From contig OZ244832.1 of the NCBI GenBank assembly GCA_965220485.1, forward strand, positions 481,943-545,942: a stretch of 64,000 nt of DNA, read 5' to 3'. Under the pieces are notes generated by a model that was not told the DNA's origin, made no database searches, and worked only from the letters and a program-made list of their open reading frames with translations. Below, one piece after another: positions 52,041 through 58,941 of the stretch (its first letter is position 1; each line of letters begins with the position of its first letter). The stretch is from Candidatus Aldehydirespirator sp. Its GTDB lineage: Bacteria > Actinomycetota > Acidimicrobiia > Acidimicrobiales > Aldehydirespiratoraceae. Made by a program: the position numbers and the translations under genes.

Positions 52041-54722
52041 TTACTGGACGGTCGCGGTGTCCTCCCCGATGAGCAGGCCGGTGGTTGCGCTATCGCCCCC
52101 GCACCTGACCCTGAATGGTACTTCGTCCCCGGCTGTAAACAGGCCAGCGCTACTGGATTGGGAGGTGGCGAGTGTTCTCTCAGCAGGGTCCGTATCGCCT
52201 TGGATTGGACCAGCCACACTACCGGAGCCAGGTATCGTGAAATAGACCTTGTAACCTTCGGGGCATACGCCGTAGTGGAGGCTGCCATCGCCGAGAGGGT
52301 AGGCGGCGTCAGTCCAGCTGACGTCAGTCCTGATGTTGCTGCTCTCGATAGTTACCCTGGCCCTGGCGATGCCGCGGTCCATGGTGGCCGGGAAGGCGGC
52401 CGACGCCACTTCGCTGCCGTCGCTGAACACCGCCCAGACGCGGTACAGCACCAAAGAGGAGGCCGGCACGGTCGTGTCGTTCCAGGTTGACACGCCGGGC
52501 CCGACCGCTGGCCGGTCGCCGCCTCTCAGGTCGGCGTGGGTGAGCTCGGTCGTGCCGCCTGGCGCGGAGCGCTCTATCCTGTAGCCGGTCAGGCCCCCGG
52601 TGTCGCTGCCGGCGTCCCATTCCAGCACCACGGCGTCCTCGTCGGCGTCATAGATTGCGGACGCAACGCGGGGCTGCCGGCTGCTGGTGGGGGCGAGCGG
52701 TTCGTCACCGTCGTCGATGGTGACTATCGCCCCCTGCGCGGCCGCCGTCGACGCGGAGGATGCCGCTGTGGACACGGATATGATGAATCGTTCATCGCTT
52801 TCGGGCGTATTGTCGTCCACGATCCTGAATCGCGCTGCGTGCTTGATGGCCTCGAAGAACCCGCTGTCATAGTAGCCAAAGAAATCGGCAGGGCTGAACG
52901 TTACCGTTTCGGTGAACGGAAGGTAGTCGGTCCCTTCGTGCGCCGTATCCGGGAAGGATCGCACAGTCAAGGTCAAAGGCGCTTGCGGTTTTTCGTAGGA
53001 GTCCGTCCTCACCCTGACGGCTACGATGACCCCTCCCTGAGGCTCGTAGACCGTCCCGGTGACTAACACTGTGGCCGACAGGGTGATGTCCGAGGGCGCG
53101 GCGCCCGGCGCGGCCCGGGTGACCGTCACCGTGTAGGTCCGGGTGGTCACGCCGTCCGCGGCGGTCACTTTCACGCTGATCGTGTTGCTGCCCACGTCCA
53201 GGTTCACCTGGTGCCCGGCCGCGCTCGCGTCGGCGTCGACCGGGGTGATCTCCACCGTGGCGGCGGCATGGTTCAGCGTCGCCGTCACCGTGGTGGCGGA
53301 CACGCTGTTGGCGACGGAGGCGGTGTAGCCGGTGGTGGTGCCGCCGGAGAAGGTCGGCGTCAGCGTGACGCCGCTCAGACTCAGCCCGCTCAGGCTGGCG
53401 TCGCTGGACGCCGCGGGCGCGTCGTTGGCGGGGATGGTCACCGGCACCGTTGACTGGAGCAGGGTGACCTTGGGTGCGCCGCTGTTGGTCAGCACGAGGT
53501 GGAAGGTCTCGGCGCTCTCCTGGGTAGTGTCGTCCTTGACGGTCACCGTTCCGCTGTACACCCGCCACCAGCGTTGGCTCCCGCCGATCGTCACCGCGCT
53601 GAACCCGGCGGCGTCCAGGGCATAGGTCTGGTTGAAGGCGTCGTAGTCGCTGCTGGCGCTGGCCGTGATGTCGCTGCTGGCGACCGTCAGCGTCCCGCCC
53701 GGGCCGTGGGGCATCTCGTCCCGCTGCGTGGTCACGGTGACGGTCACCGTCGCCGTGCCCGGCTCGTTCACCGTGGTGGGGCTGACCGTCAGCGCCGCCG
53801 TCGCCGCCGGGAAGTCGTCGTCTTTCACCTGCGTCGACGCGCTGGCGGCGCTCAGGGTGTAGCCGGCGTTGGGCGGCGCCGTGACGCTGACCGTGGAGTG
53901 CTCCTCCCAGTCGCTGTCGTCGGCGCCGGTGTTCACCGTCAGGGTCGCCGCGGTGGCGTCGGCGGCGATGGTCACCGTCCTGTCGCCCTCCTCGGCGGCG
54001 GGAACCAGGTCCTCGCTCTCGGCGACGTTCACCGTCAGCGTCAGCGCGTCCCCGGCGGCGGGCGTGCGGCTCACGGTGAAGGTCAGGGAGTCGCCCTCCC
54101 CGGCCGTGGCCGCCGCCGCGCTGACGCTGACCGCGGGCGCGGCTCGCGTGAGCGTCAGCGTGTAGGTCTGGCTGGCGCTGCCCCTGGTCAGCTTGACCTT
54201 GATCGTGTTCTCCCCCACCGTCAGGTCGAACTGGTCGCCGGTGGTAGTGGAGTCCACGTCGCTCAGCGTGTTGCCCGCCCCGTCCTCGTAGGAGACGGTC
54301 GCGTCGGTGTCCGCCGTGGCGGTGACGGTGATGCGGTTGTTGCCGTAGGGCACGTCGGGGACGGTGTACGCCAGGGTGCCGCCGGCGAAGACCGGCGTCA
54401 CCGTCCCCGCGCTCACCGTCAGCGCGCTCAGCGCCGGCGGCGCGGCGCTGTCGGCGGCGGCCGTGGTATAGGTCCCCGGAATGCCCAGGTTGCTGTTGCC
54501 GGCGTCGCGGGGGACTGCCACCTCCCCGACCATGCGGCCCGAGCCCCGCTCTCCGCACCAGACCTGCATCAGGCCAACGTTGACTAAGCGAGAGTAAGTC
54601 TGCGTGATGACGTCCGCCGTGCTCGTGTCATCGTCCGGGATCTCGGGGGTGCTAAGGACCACGCCATGAAAGACAAGGACCGCATAGGCCTTGTACCCGT
54701 CAGTGCAGTCCTGCGTGTCCAC
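52041..54722 (-). CDS. Large surface/adhesin-like protein segment (cadherin-like, Calx-beta-like, FN3-like domains)
   Basis: Cadherin-like modules (LSALTVSAGTVTPVFAGG...TYTLTLTR; LSGLSLSGVTLTPTFSGG...TYTVTVTR), Calx-beta-like modules (EGDSLTFTVSR...; SSDYDAF...VKDDTTQESAETFHLVL) and an FN3-like module (LEWDAGSDTGGLTGYRIER). It is in frame with the upstream ORF across a single TAG. Confidence 0.8.
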   Translation of the reverse strand: MDTQDCTDGYKAYAVLVFHGVVLSTPEIPDDDTSTADVITQTYSRLVNVGLMQVWCGERGSGRMVGEVAVPRDAGNSNLGIPGTYTTAAADSAAPPALSALTVSAGTVTPVFAGGTLAYTVPDVPYGNNRITVTATADTDATVSYEDGAGNTLSDVDSTTTGDQFDLTVGENTIKVKLTRGSASQTYTLTLTRAAPAVSVSAAAATAGEGDSLTFTVSRTPAAGDALTLTVNVAESEDLVPAAEEGDRTVTIAADATAATLTVNTGADDSDWEEHSTVSVTAPPNAGYTLSAASASTQVKDDDFPAATAALTVSPTTVNEPGTATVTVTVTTQRDEMPHGPGGTLTVASSDITASASSDYDAFNQTYALDAAGFSAVTIGGSQRWWRVYSGTVTVKDDTTQESAETFHLVLTNSGAPKVTLLQSTVPVTIPANDAPAASSDASLSGLSLSGVTLTPTFSGGTTTGYTASVANSVSATTVTATLNHAAATVEITPVDADASAAGHQVNLDVGSNTISVKVTAADGVTTRTYTVTVTRAAPGAAPSDITLSATVLVTGTVYEPQGGVIVAVRVRTDSYEKPQAPLTLTVRSFPDTAHEGTDYLPFTETVTFSPADFFGYYDSGFFEAIKHAARFRIVDDNTPESDERFIISVSTAASSASTAAAQGAIVTIDDGDEPLAPTSSRQPRVASAIYDADEDAVVLEWDAGSDTGGLTGYRIERSAPGGTTELTHADLRGGDRPAVGPGVSTWNDTTVPASSLVLYRVWAVFSDGSEVASAAFPATMDRGIARARVTIESSNIRTDVSWTDAAYPLGDGSLHYGVCPEGYKVYFTIPGSGSVAGPIQGDTDPAERTLATSQSSSAGLFTAGDEVPFRVRCGGDSATTGLLIGEDTATVQ

Positions 54723-54761
54723 CCAGGTGATCTCGACTCTCCTGGTCTCATCGGTAACCCC

Positions 54762-56641
54762 CTAGGGGGCGGTGAGCACGACGGTCACCGAGTTGGCCGC
54801 CCGGGTGACGGTCACCGTGTAGGTCTGGGTGGTCGTGGTGTCCTCGGCGGTCACCTTGACGGTGACGACGTTGCTGCCCACGTCCAGGCTCACCTGGTGC
54901 CCCTCCGCGCTCGCGTCGGCGTCGGCAGGGGTGATCTCCACCGTGGCGGCGGCATCGGTCTGCTCCGCCGTCACCGTGGTGGACGTCACGCTGTTGTACA
55001 CGGAGGCTGTGTAGGTGGCGGTGGCGGTGGCAAAGTCCGGCGACAGCGTGACGCCGCTCAGGGCCAGCCCGCTCAGGCTGGCGTCGGTCGAAGTCCCCGG
55101 CAGCTGATGATGAAAGAGCTTCTTGTTGCCGATGCCGGTATTCCCCACCCACATGGTCGTTCCATCGGACCATGTGCCCCAATTCCGTGAAGAATTGCGC
55201 GAGCTCAAGTCCAGGTCGGCGTCGCGGCTCCCGCTGCTGATCGTATAGGCGAGGGCCTTGTTTAGGAAGGGATATACCACCCAGATGGTCGTTCCGTCCG
55301 ACCAGACTCCAGCGGGCGAACTGGGGCCCACGCTGAACTCCTTCGCTGTGTCGGGGTTACCGGTGGACAGCGTGTAGGCGTAGAGCTTCTTGTCGCTATC
55401 GTCCCCCACCCAGATGGTCGTGCCGTCCGACCAAACGCCCGTAACCCTGCCGTTGTCGCCCCCCAGCGTGATGTCCTTGCCCGAGTCGCGGGCCCCGGTG
55501 GACAGCGTGTAGGCGTAGAGCTTAGCGTCAGAGACGTCCCCCACCCAGATGGTCGTGCCGTCCGACCAGACGCCGGTAGCATCACCGTTGGCGCTGTCCA
55601 GCGTCATGTCCTTGCCTGAGTCGCGGGCCCCGTTGGACAGCGTGTAGGCGTAGAGCTTGTTGTCGCTATCGTCCACCACCCAGATCGTCGTGCCGTCCGA
55701 CCACACGCCAAGGGGAGACCCGTTCTGGGAGTCGAGGGTGATGTCGACGGGCGTGGACTGCTGCCGCGCCGAATCCGGCGGGTCGTCTTCCCCTTCTTCC
55801 GGCTCCGCCACGCTGAAGCTCGCCCTCGCCGAGGCCATCTCCACGCCGTCGGGCGACGATATGCTCGCTTCCAGGGTGTAGTCGCCCGCCGGACAGCCGG
55901 CGGAGATGGTCCCGGTGCGGGTCTCCGGGTCCTCGTCCACCTGGTACATGTAGCGGTCCACCCCAGGCCGTCGCCCTCGCAGGCGTCGGCGTCAACCACG
56001 TCGGCGCGGAAGATGTAGTCAGTGGTGTCGGTGTCCCAGTCGGACTGCAAGCCGATGAATCCCATGGTGACCGCGATGGCGGTTCCCTGCTCCACGGAGC
56101 TGGAGGGGAAGAGGGCAATCGCCACCAGCGGCGTGGGTTCCGGCGTCGGCTCAGGTGTGGGTTCTGGCGTCGGCTCAGGCGTTGGCGTTGGCGCCGGGGC
56201 CGTCACGGTGAAGCTCGCCCTCGCCGAGGCCAGCTCTACACCGTCGGGCGAGGAGATGCCGGCTTCGAGGGTGTAGTCGCCCGCCGGACAGTCGGCGGAT
56301 ATGGTCCCGGTGCGGACTTCGGGGTCCTCGTCCACCTGGTACATGTAGCGGTCCACGCCCAGGCCGTAGCCATTGGCCCGGTCCTCGCATTCGTCTGCCC
56401 CCACCACGTCGGCCCGGAAGACGTAATCCCTGGTTGCGGTGTCGGAGTCGGACTCCAGGCCGCCGAAGCTCATGGTGACGGTGATGGCCGATCCCTCCTC
56501 CACGGAGGCGGAGGAGAGGCTGACCGCCACCGACGGCGACGCCTGGGCGTGGGCCGGGTAGGGCAACGGCACGCCGGAGAGAAGGACGAGCGCGAAGGCT
56601 CCCAGGGCGGCAAGGACGGCGAAGGACAGTTTGCGTTTCAC
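54762..56641 (-). pseudogene. N-terminal part of the same adhesin-like gene (signal peptide, duplicated module, 6 propeller-like repeats, cadherin-like module); broken by a 1-nt frameshift at 55961-55964
   Basis: ORF 55604-56641 (MKRKLSFAVLAALGAFALVLL...) and ORF 54762-55961 join if one base is added to a G-run. Module 1 reads GLGVDRYMYQVDEDPE and module 2 reads GLGW/VDRYMYQVDEDPE. Confidence 0.75.
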
Positions 56642-56842
56642 GATGCCGGCCTCACTTTCGGCGGCCGCAAGGTGTGGATGGCGGGTAGGGGCGCTGCCCG
56701 GAAGGCAAGGAGAGACCTTCGGGCCTGCGCGCGGGCGCGCAGAAGCAGCCGCTCAGGGCAAGCGGCGATACGGGGGGAGAAGGGCGGTCCGAAAGAAGGA
56801 GCCGGACGGGGGTTTGGGGCTATCTAGATGACGATATTCGTC

Positions 56843-56859
56843 GGGGGGGGGGGGGGGGG
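56843..56859. repeat. Homopolymeric G17 tract ~200 bp upstream of the adhesin start codon
   Basis: Counted directly in the sequence (tcg + 17 g + tag). Confidence 0.9.
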
Positions 56860-57343
56860 TAGAAGGATTGCGCTCGTCGAGGCGCGTCCTCACGACGGCG
56901 GATACCGCCGGTGCGCCTGTGGACGCTGGTGCATTTTGCCGTCTATCGGAAGGCAACTAAATCCCTCTCCATCTATGTGAGGAGCACAACTAACCTACTG
57001 TGCCACCGCAACAATATCTGACAACCCGGCCTTTTGTCAATGTGATCGGCCCTGATTTGCCTACAGGATCACCCGTCGCGTTGCTCCTGCAAGAACGGGA
57101 TGGAGGGCTTTCAAAGTCTGCCTTCTTGTCAATATGCCCGGCCCCGGTTCTCAGAGGGCGGGCACATCGCAGCAGTTGGCCCCGGCATCCTCGACGCCAT
57201 CGGTTTCCCGTCACCCTCCCAAGCACGGGAGCTAGGGACGCTCCGATGGCGACGGGCTGGTTTTGTGTCGGGCTGAAGCACAAGAAGGGCGTATTCGCGG
57301 GCAGGCAGGGGAAGCGACGGAGCGGGAAGGAGGGGGAGACCGG

Positions 57344-57715
57344 CTACTCTCCGGCCTGGATGACGACGCGGCCGTCGGTCTCTACGTCGATGCTCAGGTT
57401 GTGGCGGTCCAGCAACCGCATCCCCACGAGGGGGGTGGTGTCTGCGACGTCGGCCTCTATGTATACCGGCTGGCCGTCCCAGAGCACGGCAACGTCGTGG
57501 ACATCGAATGTTGCCTCGCTGCCGTCGGCAAGGGTCGCACGGCTGGTGCCTCGTAAGTCCAATCCCAACTCCGTGACCAACACCGGAGTCACGGTCAGAA
57601 ATCCGGTGAAGCCGGTGTCTATAACGGCTTCGATATCGCTTGTCTGCCCCGACGGGCCTTGCACTGCAAGTCTTACGATGGGCTCGTAGGCGGCGTTCAC
57701 TACCCCTTCGATCAC
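57344..57715 (-). CDS. Retropepsin-like (clan AA) aspartic protease, single-domain
   Basis: 123 aa with the catalytic AVIDTGFTGFLTV motif. Overlaps the upstream ORF by 4 nt. Confidence 0.75.
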   Translation of the reverse strand: MIEGVVNAAYEPIVRLAVQGPSGQTSDIEAVIDTGFTGFLTVTPVLVTELGLDLRGTSRATLADGSEATFDVHDVAVLWDGQPVYIEADVADTTPLVGMRLLDRHNLSIDVETDGRVVIQAGE

Positions 57716-58044
57716 TCGGCTCTCCGCAGGGGACGCCCCCCAAAGTGATGCAGCGCCCGATACCCGACCCGGAGCAGCCAGACGTCAATAGCGTCCGGGC
57801 GTTGTGTCCGCAGACGATCCGTCGCAGCAATCACGTTGTCGCCAATCGCCCAACTTCCGCTGTCGACGTCGATGGCGACTACCTCTCCGTGGTGGTCGGC
57901 TTCAACCTGGGAGCGGATGTCCCGCTCGTAGAGTTCGTCGCCCAGGCGGGCGATCTCGTCCCGCGGTCGGGTTGGGAGCCTTCTGCTCCCCGCTTCTTGT
58001 GTGGGCGCCGGGGTGTCTGCGTCTCTCATGCGTCCCCCTTCCAT
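57712..58044 (-). CDS. Small partner protein of the aspartic protease (DUF5678-like by recollection)
   Basis: HHGEVVAIDVDSGSWAIGDNVIAATDRLRTQRP pattern. A stronger RBS (AAGGGGGA) precedes the internal ATG at 58029. Confidence 0.55.
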   Translation of the reverse strand: MEGGRMRDADTPAPTQEAGSRRLPTRPRDEIARLGDELYERDIRSQVEADHHGEVVAIDVDSGSWAIGDNVIAATDRLRTQRPDAIDVWLLRVGYRALHHFGGRPLRRAE

Positions 58045-58384
58045 AGGCGTTCTTCCTACACCGCAATTCTACCATCTTGCGGAAGTGCGGGACAACGAGA
58101 AAGGCCGCGCACAGGGGCGGACGGGCCGACCAGCTATGACTTATACTATTGGCCTACAGGAGCTTACAGACTGCCGAGCCACATCTCGAACACGGTGCCA
58201 TCTACCGTCCACGTAGGCCCACCGCATTGGCTCCCAGGGTTTTGGCTGTTCGACTCCCAGAGTTTCGTGGTTGAGGCTGCAATGGGCTGCCGCGTGGGGG
58301 ATCGAGGGGTTTGTGGCCCCGGTTCGACGGGGTCGTGAAGCGCCGCGCTGCGGGGGTGCGCCTTCGGAGTTGTCGACGGGCGCG

Positions 58385-58418
58385 ACAGAGCTGACGGTCA
58401 ACTGACCGTCAGCTCTGT
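58385..58418. other. 34-bp near-perfect palindrome (ACAGAGCTGACGGTCA-AC-TGACCGTCAGCTCTGT)
   Basis: 16-bp arms read directly. No U-tract follows. Confidence 0.8.
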
Positions 58419-58576
58419 GGAGAGCTCAGCGGGGAGCTAGTGTCCTGGGTGCCAAGTTCATGAGCATTGTCTGGGATGCCTGACTCTATGGAAACATCAG
58501 GAAAGCTAGCGATATAGCTGTCGAGTGCCAGCATCACAACCATCGGAACAACCACACGAATTAGCCATACGGGACA

Positions 58577-58683
58577 CTAGGAGACTGCTGAGTAATGCCG
58601 ATTTCGGCCAACCCACAAGCCTCTGACCTGGGGTTTTATGATCACGAAACTAGCAATTTGTGACTTACTCAGCAGTCTCCTAG
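58577..58683. mobile_element. 107-bp MITE, variant X (TIR CTAGGAGACTGCTGAGTAA)
   Basis: Perfect 19-bp terminal inverted repeats, bounded by CTAG. It shares the internal CTGACCTGGGGTTTT string with the other MITEs. Confidence 0.85.
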
Positions 58684-58786
58684 GTGGCTGGTGCCAAACT
58701 CCCGAAATGGAGGTTTTGCGGTCACAAAACCCCAGGTCAGCGACTTGCGAATTGTGGCAAATTGCCATTTAACACCAGCCACCTAG
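58680..58786 (-). mobile_element. 107-bp MITE (TIR CTAGGTGGCTGGTG), inverted copy
   Basis: Near-identical to 43501-43607 in reverse orientation. It shares CTAG with both neighbours. Confidence 0.9.
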
Positions 58787-58941
58787 GTGGCTGGTGCCAA
58801 ATTGGTGTTTGGTGTGCTGGTGTCGGGTGACGGTGGGGTGTGGTGGTTCTGGGATCGTGTCCGGTTTTGGGTCGGGGCGGGTGCTGTGGTGTGGCGGGGT
58901 GTGCTGGGGCGTGTCAGGCGGGGGTCGGGAGGTTCGGGGGC

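Larger units (their letters stand above)
47284..58223. mobile_element. Putative integrated element at the tRNA-Val 3' end (left end firm, right end tentative)
   Basis: The recombinase gene overlaps the last 13 nt of the tRNA. Nearly all genes lie on one strand and their gene families are foreign to the flanks. TAGGCCCACC at 58214-58223 resembles the tRNA end TACGGCCCACC. Confidence 0.45.

Noticed and set aside
56753-56956. 67-aa ORF spanning the poly-G tract (encodes PPPPP)
   Set aside because: Its only notable feature is created by the homopolymer. It has no RBS or family resemblance and lies in a probable promoter or UTR region.
58230-58345. tRNA-like T-arm strings (GCTGTTCGACTCCCAG; CCCCGGTTCGACGGGG) as a tRNA remnant or attR duplicate
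   Set aside because: Neither folds into a proper T-arm with a 7-nt loop, neither matches the tRNA-Val 3' half, and no acceptor or anticodon arms can be built around them.
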